This document shows, in pieces, positions 1 to 10,272 of a DNA stretch of 64,000 nt. The stretch is from Polyangiales bacterium (GTDB taxonomy: Bacteria > Myxococcota_A > Polyangia > Polyangiales > Ga0077539): positions 192,001 through 256,000 of the forward strand of contig JBGARZ010000012.1 in NCBI GenBank assembly GCA_044229975.1. The letters run 5' to 3'. Below the pieces are notes generated by a model. It searched no databases, was not told the DNA's origin, and saw nothing but the letters and a program-made list of their open reading frames with translations. Numbering within the stretch: position 1 is the stretch's first letter; every line of letters begins with the position of its first letter. A program made the translations under genes and the position numbers.

Positions 1-19
1 CGTCGATCGTCGCAGGGCT

Positions 20-1480
20 TCAGCGGACCTGTCGAAACACCCCAAAGGGGCTTCGCGGATCGCCGCCTCGGCGCTCGCGTCGACGCCGCCGACGGTCGCG
101 GTCGTCGTCCGACGGCGGCGCCAGGGAAGGCAGCACGAAGACCGGGGCCGCGCGCTCGCTCGCCCGGCGGGAGCGCGACGGCGCCTCGGCGGCGACGGGC
201 GGTGCGGCGACGGGCGGTGCGGCGACGGGCGGTGCGGCGACCGGGCGAGCGACGGGCGCGGGTGGCGGCGCCGCGGCGATCGGACGCGCAACAACGGGTG
301 CGACCGCGGGCGGCGCTGCGACAGCGGCAGGGTGACGGTCGGCGTTGAAGTGGCGGAAGACCGAGACGCCGGCGACGGCGAAGGCGACGGTGAGCAGCGC
401 CGCGAGGCACACCACCGCGACGCTCGCGCGACGTGACCGCACTGGCACGGCGGGAGGAGCGACGGGCGCAGGAGGTGCAGCGAGCGCGGGCCCGGTGAGC
501 GTCATCGCGGGCATCGCCACCGTCGGAGGGACGTGAGCGTCGGGGCGCGTCGGCGGGGCAGCGGAGCGTTGCAGCAGCGCGACCAGCGGCGGGACGGCGG
601 CGCTCGCGTCGGCGAAGCGCGCGGAGGCGTCCCGGGAGAGGCAGCGGGCGAACCACTCGTCGAAGCCTGGTGGGATGCTGCCGTCGGCACCGAGCGCGGC
701 GGCCCGCGCGGAGGCGCTCGGGAGCGGGAGCACGAGCAGCTCACCCATCAGCGCGGCGACGTTGGCGTTGGCGTAGGTCGGCGTCATCCAGAAGACGCGC
801 CCGGTGAGCAGGAAGAACGCCAGCAGACCGAGCGACCACACATCCGTCGCGGGTGAAGCGGGGGTCTCGGGGTTGGTCTGTTCGGGCGCCATCCAGAGGG
901 GCGAGCCGATGGAGCTGGTGGTCGCGTTGGCGGTGGCGAGGTTGAGAAACTTCGCGATGCCGAAGTCGAGCACCTTCACCGTGAAGGCATCGCCCTGCCG
1001 ACGAGACACCGCGACGAAGACGTTGGCGGGCTTCAGGTCGCGGTGGACGATGCCCGCGCGGTGGGCCGCGCCGAGGCAGTGCCCGAGCTGCGCCATCACC
1101 GTCGCCGTTTCGGCGGCGGACATCGCGCCGCGGCGCTTGACGAGGTGGGCGAGGTCTTCGCCGTCGAGGAGTTCCATGGCCATCCACGGGATGTGGAGCG
1201 CGTCGTCGACGCCCGCGCCGAACACCTCGACGGCGTGGTCGCTCGCGACCTGCGCGCTGACCCTCGCCTCGCGCGCGAAGCGGGCGCGCATCGTCGGGTC
1301 GGTAACATACCGCGCGTGCATCGTCTTGAGCGCGCGGAGCTGGTCAGACCCGCGGTGGCGCGCGACGTAGAGAGCGCCCATCCCCCCGCGGGCGAGCTCG
1401 CGGACGACCTCGTACTCGCCGCCGATGATGGTCCCCGGCGTGAGCGCGCCCTCGTCATCCAGCATGGGGCGATCTCCCAC
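20..1480 (-). CDS. Ser/Thr protein kinase with TM helix and Pro/Ala-rich tail
   Basis: GGMGALY, HRDLKPAN, DFG and WMAPE motifs; TM segment; VAAPP repeats. Confidence 0.92.
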   Translation of the reverse strand: MGDRPMLDDEGALTPGTIIGGEYEVVRELARGGMGALYVARHRGSDQLRALKTMHARYVTDPTMRARFAREARVSAQVASDHAVEVFGAGVDDALHIPWMAMELLDGEDLAHLVKRRGAMSAAETATVMAQLGHCLGAAHRAGIVHRDLKPANVFVAVSRRQGDAFTVKVLDFGIAKFLNLATANATTSSIGSPLWMAPEQTNPETPASPATDVWSLGLLAFFLLTGRVFWMTPTYANANVAALMGELLVLPLPSASARAAALGADGSIPPGFDEWFARCLSRDASARFADASAAVPPLVALLQRSAAPPTRPDAHVPPTVAMPAMTLTGPALAAPPAPVAPPAVPVRSRRASVAVVCLAALLTVAFAVAGVSVFRHFNADRHPAAVAAPPAVAPVVARPIAAAPPPAPVARPVAAPPVAAPPVAAPPVAAEAPSRSRRASERAAPVFVLPSLAPPSDDDRDRRRRRRERRGGDPRSPFGVFRQVR

Positions 1481-1743
1481 GCGTCGCTGCGGTCACTCGG
1501 GGACGTCTCGGGGTGGCGTTGGCGGTCGGCAACGGAGCGGCCGGAGCATCGTCGACAATCGACGGACGGGCCAGCGTGTGCGGCGCGGCGCGGATGCGTC
1601 GGGTGTGGCGCGGTCGTCACGATGCGCGACGAGTGACGCTGAAGGTCAGAAGTTGACGCGGGTGGTGAGGCTCGCGCCCGCGGGCGAGCGGTCGATGACC
1701 GACGACGGCCCGAACAGGTTGACGTAGCCGCTCGCGAAGAGGG

Positions 1744-2073
1744 TCACGCGGCCGAGGTCGACGCCGACGGAGGCCCACGGGGTCGCGACGACGCGCGTGC
1801 GCGTCTCGACGAGGGGCGGAACGGCTCGTCCCCTGCGGTGTTTCGGTGCGCGAGCCAGCGCGCCGGGGGGACCAGCGCCAACAGAAACGCGACCGATGTG
1901 CCGACGTAGAGGAGCGAGGGGTTCCAGCCATCGGAGAGGTCGACGGACATCAGCAGGGAGCCAACGACGACGGCCCCGGTCAGCGCCGACAGCAGACGCC
2001 AGGGCATCTCGACCTGGAGCGATGCCGAGGAGTCCGCGGTCTCGTCCTCACCCGGCGCGGGCATGGGTGCCAT
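1744..2073 (-). CDS. Small membrane protein; 3' end possibly frameshifted
   Basis: ATG at 2073; two hydrophobic segments; plausible continuation in another frame to stop at 1646. Confidence 0.4.
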   Translation of the reverse strand: MAPMPAPGEDETADSSASLQVEMPWRLLSALTGAVVVGSLLMSVDLSDGWNPSLLYVGTSVAFLLALVPPARWLAHRNTAGDEPFRPSSRRARASSRPRGPPSASTSAA

Positions 2074-2132
2074 CGTCGCCACGCTACGCCGTTCGAGCGC
2101 CGTCCGCGACGCGGCAGTGGTGCCGCCGCCTC

Positions 2133-2690
2133 TTACCGAACGAAGCGCTCGGCGTTGGCGTCCGACGCGACCCAACCCCACAGGTCGAAGCCCAGCAGAA
2201 ACGCTCCCTGCGCCAGTGATGCGATGCCCGCGCCGCGCATCCCGCGGTCGCCGTCCGCCAGCGCCCACGCGGTCGCCCCGGCGGCGACGTAGAGCACGTC
2301 GAGCCCGACGTTGAGCGCGAACACCGCGGCCGTCCTCCGCGCGGCGCGCGACCGTCGCAGCCTCACGGCGAGCTCGGTGTTGCCCGCGGCGTCGCGCTCC
2401 TCGCCCGGCACCCGCAGCAGCCACGGGATCGCCAGCCCGAGGTTCACCGCCCCGAAGGCCGCGGTCATCACGCCCGACCAGCGCACCGCGGGGTCGTCCG
2501 TCGCGACCATCATCGGGATGCCCGCCGCCAACGAGACGGCGCCTTCGCTCAGGAGCGTGCAGGCCCGCAGGCGCTCGTCGCGAGCCATCGCGTGCCGCGC
2601 CTCGTCCAACGGAACCGCGAAGGTCTGCGCTCGCGCCACCGTCGTGGCGAGCGTCAACGAGAGCGTCAGCGCAACGCGGTGCGGTCGCAT
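2133..2690 (-). CDS. Membrane protein with signal peptide and about 4 TM helices
   Basis: Signal ending ARA-Q; several hydrophobic stretches; GC3-rich codons. Confidence 0.7.
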   Translation of the reverse strand: MRPHRVALTLSLTLATTVARAQTFAVPLDEARHAMARDERLRACTLLSEGAVSLAAGIPMMVATDDPAVRWSGVMTAAFGAVNLGLAIPWLLRVPGEERDAAGNTELAVRLRRSRAARRTAAVFALNVGLDVLYVAAGATAWALADGDRGMRGAGIASLAQGAFLLGFDLWGWVASDANAERFVR

Positions 2691-2737
2691 GGTGGCAGAA
2701 CGTTAGTGCACGACCGCCGCGCGAATACCATCGCGCC

Positions 2738-3697
2738 ATGACACCTGCGCCGCCCTCGATCGCCGACTCCTTCGCCGGCCTCGGCCCGAAGCAGCTCAAG
2801 TCCCTCGCGACGAAGCTGAAGAAGGCCAAGGCCAACTACAAGATCAGCGAGATCGTCCGCGAGGCCGTCGGCGATGAGGCCACGCCGCTCGACGTGGTGC
2901 GCCACCTCGTCGCGGCGGGTCACCTCGACCCGATGCCCAACGGCGCGCTGCTCTCGTACCTCGCCCACGGCGGGATGGACGCGCACGTGGCCGTCGCGAT
3001 CGCCGAGGCCCTCGCGCGGCGCGACGAGGCGGGCGCCGGCCTCACCGTCCGCAGCTCGAGTCTCGACTGGATGACCGGCTGGCCCGACGAGCTCGACGGG
3101 CCCCTGTACCGCGCGTACGCCGTCTCGCCCGCGGCCTTCGCGGAGCGCTCGGCGCGGTACAACGAGAACACCCGGCGCGGGCTCGCCTTCGTCGCGCGAC
3201 GACGCAACGAGGCGGTCGACGCGGCGCTCGTGGAGGAGGTTCTCGCCGAGCTCGCGCGGGGTCAGGCGACCAGCTACGGCATCTCGGGCAACGGCCAGTG
3301 TCCGTTCGTCGGCGACGACGGCGTCGAGGTCGCCCACCGCGTCGAGGGCCTCCCCGGGCTGCGCGTGATCGCCCTGCGCGTGGGCACCGCCGAGCAGTGG
3401 GATCGCGCGCTCGTCGAGGCCACGCGGCGCAACGAGTGGGGCCTCATCGAGAACGTCGCCGACGCGCTGGTGTCGCTCCCGCTCGACGAGCTCACGCGAC
3501 ACTTCGCGACCCGCACCCGCCGCGTCTTCGGCGACAGCTCCGCCGCCGAGGAGCACATCGCCGCGATCATGGACCGCCGCGACGACCCGCCCGAGGCGCT
3601 GCTCGCTCCCCTCGCCCACACGCCCGAGAGCGAGTGGGACGCGAAGCAACTCCGCGCGGCGTACACCGCCGCGGCCGAGCGCAAGCGCGCACGATGA
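2738..3697 (+). CDS. Hypothetical protein
   Basis: 319 aa ORF with strong GC3 bias and normal composition. Confidence 0.7.
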   Translation: MTPAPPSIADSFAGLGPKQLKSLATKLKKAKANYKISEIVREAVGDEATPLDVVRHLVAAGHLDPMPNGALLSYLAHGGMDAHVAVAIAEALARRDEAGAGLTVRSSSLDWMTGWPDELDGPLYRAYAVSPAAFAERSARYNENTRRGLAFVARRRNEAVDAALVEEVLAELARGQATSYGISGNGQCPFVGDDGVEVAHRVEGLPGLRVIALRVGTAEQWDRALVEATRRNEWGLIENVADALVSLPLDELTRHFATRTRRVFGDSSAAEEHIAAIMDRRDDPPEALLAPLAHTPESEWDAKQLRAAYTAAAERKRAR

Positions 3698-3778
3698 CGG
3701 GCTGAGCCGCCGCTCCACCGACGCACCGGGCGTCTGCGGTTGCCACGCGGGACGTTCGGTGGCGAAGCGAGAGCCATC

Positions 3779-4816
3779 TCAGCCCTCCGCGAGCAGCTCG
3801 CGCACCCGCGGCATCACCCTCGTCGCGTACATCTCGATGCTCTTCATCATCCGCTCGTGCGAGAGCGCGCCCGCGCTGTACTTCATGTCGAAGCGCGCGA
3901 GGCCCAGCGTCTTCACGGTGCGCGCGATCTTGCGCGCGACGGTCTCCGGCGAGCCCACGTAGAGCGATCCCTCCTCGATCTCGCGCGCGAACTCCCCCTT
4001 CGCCATCGGCGGCCAGCCGCGCTCTCCGCCGATGCGATCGCGCATCGCCTTGTAGCTCGGGAACAGCTCCTCCGCGGCCTGCGCGTCGGTCTCCGCCACG
4101 TAGCCATGCGAGTGGACGCCGACCGGTAGCTCCCCCTTCCCGAGCTGCTCCAGCGCGCGATGGAAGAGGTCGACGTACGGAACGAAGCGCCCCGGGTCAC
4201 CGCCGATGATCGCCAGCATCAACGGCAGCCCGTACTTCGCCGCGCGCACCACCGACTGCGGCGAACCGCCGACGCCGATCCACGCCGCGAGCGTGCCCGA
4301 GGCCGTGCCGGGAAAGACCCGCTGGTTGGTGAGCGCCGGCCGCAGCTTGCCTTGCCACGTGAAGGCTCTCTCCTCGCGCACCTTCGCGAAGAGGTCGAGC
4401 TTCTCCTCGAAGAGCGCCTCGTACTGTTCGAGCTTGAAGCCGAAGAGCGGAAACGACTCCGTGAACGACCCGCGCCCCAGGATCACCTCCGCCCTCCCCT
4501 CCGACACCGCATCGAGCGTCGCGAAGCGCTGAAACACCCTGATCGGATCATCCGAGCTCAGCACCGTCACCGCCGACCCGAGGCGGATGCGCTTCGTGCG
4601 CGCCGCGATGGCGGCCAGCACCACGTCCGGCGCGGAGAGGGCGAAGTCCGCGCGGTGGTGCTCGCCGAGGCCGATGAAGTCGACGCCGAGCGAGTCGGCC
4701 AGCACGGCCTCCTCGACGACGTCGCGAATGACCCGGTGGTGCGGGAGCGCGGCGCCATCCGCGCCGTGGGTGACATCACCAAAGGTGTCGAGGCCGAGTT
4801 CGATGAGGGCGGTCAT
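3779..4816 (-). CDS. LLM-class (luciferase-like) flavin-dependent oxidoreductase
   Basis: GEHHR, RLGSAVTVLSSDDPIRVFQRFATLD, GRGSFTESFPLFG. Confidence 0.93.
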   Translation of the reverse strand: MTALIELGLDTFGDVTHGADGAALPHHRVIRDVVEEAVLADSLGVDFIGLGEHHRADFALSAPDVVLAAIAARTKRIRLGSAVTVLSSDDPIRVFQRFATLDAVSEGRAEVILGRGSFTESFPLFGFKLEQYEALFEEKLDLFAKVREERAFTWQGKLRPALTNQRVFPGTASGTLAAWIGVGGSPQSVVRAAKYGLPLMLAIIGGDPGRFVPYVDLFHRALEQLGKGELPVGVHSHGYVAETDAQAAEELFPSYKAMRDRIGGERGWPPMAKGEFAREIEEGSLYVGSPETVARKIARTVKTLGLARFDMKYSAGALSHERMMKSIEMYATRVMPRVRELLAEG

Positions 4817-4819
4817 GGC

Positions 4820-5047
4820 TCAGGGTGATACGGCAAGGCGGAAGCCCACGGCGCGATGATCGCCGTCCGACTGCTCGGCCGGAAGCGGGGTCATCCGAAC
4901 GGCGTCCCGCCACACGCCGACGAGGAAGGTCGCCGTCGGGTCGTCCCAGTCGCGGGAAAGTTCGAGGGTCTGCTCGTCCCGGATGAACTCGCCCGCCCGC
5001 CAGCTCGAAGGCGGGTGGTCCCGTCGAACCTCGCCGATGCGATCCAT
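4820..5047 (-). CDS. Short hypothetical protein or C-terminal gene remnant
   Basis: GC3-biased frame (PPSSWRAGEFIRDEQ) between the TOPRIM-like gene and the LLM gene. Confidence 0.35.
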   Translation of the reverse strand: MDRIGEVRRDHPPSSWRAGEFIRDEQTLELSRDWDDPTATFLVGVWRDAVRMTPLPAEQSDGDHRAVGFRLAVSP

Positions 5048-5076
5048 GTTCAAGCGAGAGCAGCGGGAGGGTCAAG

Positions 5077-5613
5077 CTACGACAAGCGCGCGAACTCTTC
5101 GTCGGATGCGATCATGGATGGCGGACAACACGCCGGCTTCGGCGTGCGGTGGTCGGCGAGCAGTCGCCCGGCCCGTGGGCAATCGCGCTCACTACGGTCA
5201 GACCGCCAGCCCGTCTTCTCGTCCTCGGAGACGGGAACCCCTTCCAGCAAGTGCTTCGTCCACGTTTCGATCTCCCACTTCGAGATCGCGAGCACGATCT
5301 CCTCGTCCTGGCCTCGAGGATCGAGAGACGCGTCCGAGAGCGCCTTCGCGAGCTGGGCGTGACGCTCTTGCGTGCGAAGTTCGTCGGCGTCCGTGGCGAC
5401 CAGCAGAGCCTTGTAGACGTGGTTGCGCTTCGAACGGTAGGTGCTCACCTCGCCGGGGTATTCCGACGTCACCCACTGCTTGCCCGAACCGCTCTGGCTG
5501 ATCCGGGTCCGGATCGCGCGCACGTCGACCCCGCGCTTCGCCAGGTAGGCTTCGACGAATCGCGCGCCCGCCAGATCCTCGGCGATGACGACGTAGGTCG
5601 CCGTCCTGCCCAT
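5077..5613 (-). CDS. TOPRIM-like protein (DUF4276/RloB-like) coupled to the ATPase
   Basis: N-terminal strand with Glu (YVVIAED) and DxD (LLVATDAD); ATG overlaps the ATPase TGA (TGATG). Confidence 0.65.
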   Translation of the reverse strand: MGRTATYVVIAEDLAGARFVEAYLAKRGVDVRAIRTRISQSGSGKQWVTSEYPGEVSTYRSKRNHVYKALLVATDADELRTQERHAQLAKALSDASLDPRGQDEEIVLAISKWEIETWTKHLLEGVPVSEDEKTGWRSDRSERDCPRAGRLLADHRTPKPACCPPSMIASDEEFARLS

Positions 5614-6725
5614 CAGGCCCATCCCCGCGCGATCATCTCTGCGGGCGTGAGTCCGTCGGTGTCGTTCATCGTTCGAACCCGTACGGGGCCCGCGTCGAGC
5701 CGCTCGAACCACGCGCCGTGTGACTTCCAGAGCCGGTTGATGGCCTCCGGGTGGTGGGAGATCAGGAAGACCTGCCCATCACCCTCATCGAGCTTCTGCT
5801 CCAGCGCCTTGAGCCAGGGCTCGACCTCGCTCAGGGCGAGGTAATTGTCAGGCTCGTCGAGGCACAACAGCCCCGAGTCGACAGGGCCGAAGTGCAGCAG
5901 CGCGTACAACGCGATCAGCGCCCTCTGACCGTCCGAGAGTTCGTCGAAGTCCATGGAGTAACGCGACTCGCGATCGGCGCGCCCGTCGGGGGACTGTTTG
6001 GCGAGGCTCACGGAGAGCACCCAACGGTCGCGCCCCACCTTGTCCAGCTTCAGTCCTTCGAAGCGATCGAACACCGGGCGGAGGGCGGCGTGAAAGGACT
6101 GGAGCCTTACGCCGTCGCGGCTGACCTCGTCGTACCAGGAGACGAAGTTCTGCATGAGGGTGTCAGGCGACTCGACGCCGCCGGACGACTCGGCCTCCAT
6201 CAACTGCGGCACGATCGACAGGCTCCACGATTCGCGCAGGTGATCCCGCAAGGCCGTCAACAGCGAAGAAGCCCCGCGCTCCGGGACCGCGCAGAGCAAC
6301 AGGCGCGTGGTGGAGCTGCCATAGGAAGGACCTTCCGTGCCGTCGTCACCGTAGACCTGGGCGAGGCCATCCTTGAAGGTGAAGAGGGGTTGCGCGCCAG
6401 CGAAGAGGCGCTCCTCCACGACGCGGACCTGCCCCTTCTTTCCGCCTCGATCGAGCGTGAGCGTGTACCGGTACTCGCGCCCCGCGTGACGGACGTCGAG
6501 CTCTACGCGCTGCTCGCTCCGCTTCTCCCAACGAGTGAGGGAGGCATCCGGGAACTCGTCACCGAGCTCCGTAGTGCCGTCGATGAGTCGGCCGAAGGCG
6601 GTCACGAGTCCGATGAGCCCCGACTTGCCGCTGCCGTTGAGCCCGCCGATCAGGACCAGCTTGCCCGGTCGCCACTCGAAGTTCGTGAAACACCTGTAAT
6701 TGTCGACGTAAACTCGCGTCAGCAT
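5613..6725 (-). CDS. Soluble ABC-type (AAA_21/RecF-SMC-like) ATPase
   Basis: NYRCF, Walker A GLNGSGKS, signature LSDGQ, Walker B LLCLDEPD, H-loop ISHHP. Confidence 0.9.
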   Translation of the reverse strand: MLTRVYVDNYRCFTNFEWRPGKLVLIGGLNGSGKSGLIGLVTAFGRLIDGTTELGDEFPDASLTRWEKRSEQRVELDVRHAGREYRYTLTLDRGGKKGQVRVVEERLFAGAQPLFTFKDGLAQVYGDDGTEGPSYGSSTTRLLLCAVPERGASSLLTALRDHLRESWSLSIVPQLMEAESSGGVESPDTLMQNFVSWYDEVSRDGVRLQSFHAALRPVFDRFEGLKLDKVGRDRWVLSVSLAKQSPDGRADRESRYSMDFDELSDGQRALIALYALLHFGPVDSGLLCLDEPDNYLALSEVEPWLKALEQKLDEGDGQVFLISHHPEAINRLWKSHGAWFERLDAGPVRVRTMNDTDGLTPAEMIARGWA

Positions 6726-6778
6726 CGGTCACCTGAGACCCTCTACGAGGCACTCTACCGCACGTTCGTCGACCGCCC

Positions 6779-8122
6779 TCACTCCGTCGCGGTGAGCCCG
6801 TGGCGACGCAGCAACGCGCGCAGGTGCTTGCGATCTACGCCCGACTGCCGCGACGCGGCCGACAGGTTTCCCTGACATGCGTCCATCAGCGAGCGCAGGT
6901 ACCGCCGCTCGAAGGCATGCAGCACCAGCGACTTGCTCTCGTCCCACGGAACGTCCGCCGTCACCGCGGGCCACGGGTCGTCCACCGCGGCGAGTCCATC
7001 GATGGCGATGCGCAGCTCACCGAAGGACCTCGCGCGCGGTGAAAGCGCGACGGCGCGGTCGATGACGTTGCGGAGCTCGCGCACGTTGCCGGGCCAGTCG
7101 TGGCCCATGAGCGCGTCGAGCCCGGCGCCCTCCACCACGCCAGGCTCCAGGCCGCGGCGGCGCAGAAGCTCGGCGACGAGCAGCGGGAGATCCTCGCGGC
7201 GCTGGCGCAGCGGGGAGAGCGTCACGCGCACCACGGACAGGCGGTAGTAGAGGTCGGAGCGGAAGGTCCCATCGGCCACCTGCGCGAGCAGGTCGTGGCG
7301 CGAGGCGGCGAGCAGACGAACGTCGGCGGGGCGGTCGTCGTCGGCCCCCACCGGGCGCACACGACGGGTCTCCACGGCGCGGAGCAAGCGCGCCTGAACC
7401 GCGGGTGAGACGCCGCCGAGCTCGTCGAGGAAGAGGGTTCCGCCGTGGGCGCGGGCGAAGGCGCCGGCGCGCTGGGCGCTCGCTCCGGTGAAGGCGCCCT
7501 TCACGTGGCCGAAGAGCTCACTCTCCAACAACGACTCAGGGAGGGCGCCGCAGTCGATGGCGACGAAGGGCTTGTGGCGTCGCGGCGAGAGGTCGTGCAC
7601 GGCGCGGGCGGCGAGCTCCTTGCCCGTCCCCGTCTCGCCTTCGAGGAGCACGGTGACGTCGGAGTCGGCCGCGAGTTCGAGCACCGCGAACGCCTCGCGC
7701 AACGAGAGGCTCTCGCCCACGAGCTCACCGCACCGACGCGAGCGCGACGGCGCCACCTCCAGCGCACGCGCGACGGGCACCACGCGCACGAAGCTCCGAC
7801 CGAGCTTGAGCGTCGCGCCCAACGGAACCGTCGACTGATGGACCAGCGCGCCTTCGTAGAGGGTTCCGTTGGTGGAGTCGTGGTCGGTGACTGCGAAGCG
7901 CCCGGCCGCGGCCTGGAGCGTGACGTGGCGGCGCGACACGCGCTCGTCGGTGAGCACGAGCTCGCACGCGGGGTCGGTGCCGAGCGTGACCGCACCGTCG
8001 GGCAACGGGAGCGCGACGGCGCGACCGGCGTCGGGGCCTTCGATGACGACGACCTGGCAGCGGGGTGTTCCGGTGAGGCCGGGCAGCGACGCGGTGTGGA
8101 CGGTGGCCGTGGGGTCGCTCAT
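6779..8122 (-). CDS. FHA-domain sigma54-dependent enhancer-binding protein (Fis HTH)
   Basis: FHA (VSRRH, STNGT), GETGTGKE, ESELFGHVKGAFTGA, WPGNVREL, C-terminal HTH; start set to ATG 8122. Confidence 0.93.
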   Translation of the reverse strand: MSDPTATVHTASLPGLTGTPRCQVVVIEGPDAGRAVALPLPDGAVTLGTDPACELVLTDERVSRRHVTLQAAAGRFAVTDHDSTNGTLYEGALVHQSTVPLGATLKLGRSFVRVVPVARALEVAPSRSRRCGELVGESLSLREAFAVLELAADSDVTVLLEGETGTGKELAARAVHDLSPRRHKPFVAIDCGALPESLLESELFGHVKGAFTGASAQRAGAFARAHGGTLFLDELGGVSPAVQARLLRAVETRRVRPVGADDDRPADVRLLAASRHDLLAQVADGTFRSDLYYRLSVVRVTLSPLRQRREDLPLLVAELLRRRGLEPGVVEGAGLDALMGHDWPGNVRELRNVIDRAVALSPRARSFGELRIAIDGLAAVDDPWPAVTADVPWDESKSLVLHAFERRYLRSLMDACQGNLSAASRQSGVDRKHLRALLRRHGLTATE

Positions 8123-8762
8123 CGGGTTGCGCGTACGATACGCGAGACGCCCCTCACTCCAGCGCCGCGCACACCACACGATCGGCGTCGACGCGGCACA
8201 CGTCCCCGCGCGCGGCGCCGCAGCCCGACGCCCGACGCGTCGCGAGGCAGCCGAACCCGCAGTGCCGCGCGTCGCTCGCCGCGAGGCAGGCGCGCTCGCC
8301 CGCCGGGTCGTAGACGACCGCTGGCGTGTCGAGCGGCGAGCGTCACCCACAGCGCCGCGAACCCCGACCAGCAAGCCCGTCGCGAAGCCATCATCGCCGA
8401 CCTCCTCCGCCGCCCCTACGCCCACCAGAGACGCCGACGCTCAACGACCACGGGCCGCGACCTATTCTCGCTCAGCGACGGATCACCAGCTTGGGGACGT
8501 TGTCGATCCACGCCCGCGCGGCGGCGTCCCAGGGCACCACGGTGGTCGCCACGGCGGCGAGGTCGAGCCGAGCTTCTGCGCGACGGCGAGCATGCCCGCG
8601 CGAGAGCGCGACGCGGGGCACCGCATGGCAGGTCGTTTCCGCGGTCCGTCCGGGCCTGGAGGCGGAGGCGGGTGTTTCTGCTGGCGGAGGTCACGCGGCG
8701 GTAGGGCCCTGAATCCCATTGATGATCATTGCGCCCCACCAGACTCTCGTCGGGCCCAGCGA

Positions 8763-10202
8763 TCAGACGTAGTTGGTGAACACCCGCGGGATGCTGACCG
8801 CCTCCGAGAGCGCGTCGCAGAGGCGCATCGCCTGCGAGAGCGGGCGCTCCTCCCCCATGGCGACGACCGCGATGGCGCCGAGGTAGTCCTTCGCGCGAAC
8901 GTAGCTGAGCGAGAGCACCTTCGACACCTCGGTGCGCGCGTACTTCGAGGTCAGCTTTCGCAGCGCCAGCAACCCCGCCTCGGCGAGGTCGTGTTGGCTC
9001 GCGGCGAGCCCGATGGACTTCAACGCCGACGCCTTGGCGCCGCCTGTAAGCGCGACAGCTTGCGCGAGGGCATCGTTCAGGAGCGCTGTCCCGCGGGTGT
9101 TTTCGCCCACCTGGGCGAGCGCGATGCCGAGCGCGGCGAGGTTCTCGCTCGGGGTCGACCCACCGTCGCTGAGCGCGTTGCGGAGGGTGAGCTCGTGAGC
9201 GTTGGCGAGCGCGAGAGTGGCCACCGGGTCGACCGCCCAGCGGACCCGGAAGGGATTGACGAACACGCCAAGGCCGTCGTGGAGCGTGACGTCGGTCGCG
9301 CCCGCATCGAGGTACCGCGCGCTCAGGGCGAGCAGCGGGGCCTCGCCGGGCGCGTGCTTCCGGGCCGTCGCCACCACCGTACGAGCGAGGTCGACGTGGC
9401 CCGCGGCGCCGAGCCTCAGCGCCACGGTCGCGCAGGCGTCGTCGCCGTACGACGGGCTGGCGGCGAACGCGGCGACCATCTCGACGAGGGCATCGGGGTG
9501 GGACGTTGCCGCGACGAGGGCGCTCTCCTTGAGCGCGGTCGAGACGTGGATGCCGTTGTTCTGCGCGAAGGTCTGGTGCCAGCTCGCGAAGCCCGCCACG
9601 TCGCCGCGCTCCACCGCGCGCCGCACGATGAGCTCCGCGGCCCGCGCGTCGTCGAACGACAGCCACGAGCCGCCGCCGTGCTCGCGGAGGTGCTCCTTCA
9701 ACAGCGCATCGCGACCGAGCAGCGCGTATGCGATGGAGAGGTGCGGCCACGGTTGGGTGGGGTTGCTCTTCTCGTTCTTCGCGCAACGCAGGGCCTCGGC
9801 GAGCGCGCGGTCGACGCCGGTCTCGTCGCCGAGCGCCCCGTAGGCGTAGGCCGTTGCGCGCCACGCGAGGGTGCCCTCTTCGCCCTGCACGTCGGGGTGC
9901 TGGAGGCGTTCGTGCGCCTCGGTCAGCGCATTGCGGGCGGCCTCGGTCTGACCCGCGAGCGCGAGGCCCTCGGCGACGTGGGCCATGCCCCGCGCCATCC
10001 ATGAGGGATGGGTGACCCGCGCGAGCACGGACCGCGCCCGCTCGTCACCGAGGCCCTTCGCGAGCGCCACCAGCGACCCGAGCAGCACCTGACCCTGCCA
10101 GTACCCGTCGCCCACCGCGACGACCTTGAGGTCGAGCGCGTCGGCGAGGGTGCGGAGGTCGCTCGGACCGTTCTTGCCTGGAGCCTTTGGTGCTTTGGCC
10201 AT
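8763..10202 (-). CDS. Helical-repeat (TPR-like) hypothetical protein
   Basis: Ala/Leu-rich amphipathic helices; GC3 bias; ATG at 10202. Confidence 0.7.
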   Translation of the reverse strand: MAKAPKAPGKNGPSDLRTLADALDLKVVAVGDGYWQGQVLLGSLVALAKGLGDERARSVLARVTHPSWMARGMAHVAEGLALAGQTEAARNALTEAHERLQHPDVQGEEGTLAWRATAYAYGALGDETGVDRALAEALRCAKNEKSNPTQPWPHLSIAYALLGRDALLKEHLREHGGGSWLSFDDARAAELIVRRAVERGDVAGFASWHQTFAQNNGIHVSTALKESALVAATSHPDALVEMVAAFAASPSYGDDACATVALRLGAAGHVDLARTVVATARKHAPGEAPLLALSARYLDAGATDVTLHDGLGVFVNPFRVRWAVDPVATLALANAHELTLRNALSDGGSTPSENLAALGIALAQVGENTRGTALLNDALAQAVALTGGAKASALKSIGLAASQHDLAEAGLLALRKLTSKYARTEVSKVLSLSYVRAKDYLGAIAVVAMGEERPLSQAMRLCDALSEAVSIPRVFTNYV

Positions 10203-10272
10203 GGTGGTTGGCGGCGAGACTGCGCGCGTCGATGGGGTCGGCGCAACGGCCTGTCGTGTTGTCGATGCGACG

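Noticed and set aside
187..245. 15-bp tandem repeat
   Set aside because: Encodes the VAAPP linker of the kinase; ordinary coding low complexity
7869..10004. 711-aa + strand ORF
   Set aside because: Overlaps better-supported minus strand genes; no recognisable motifs
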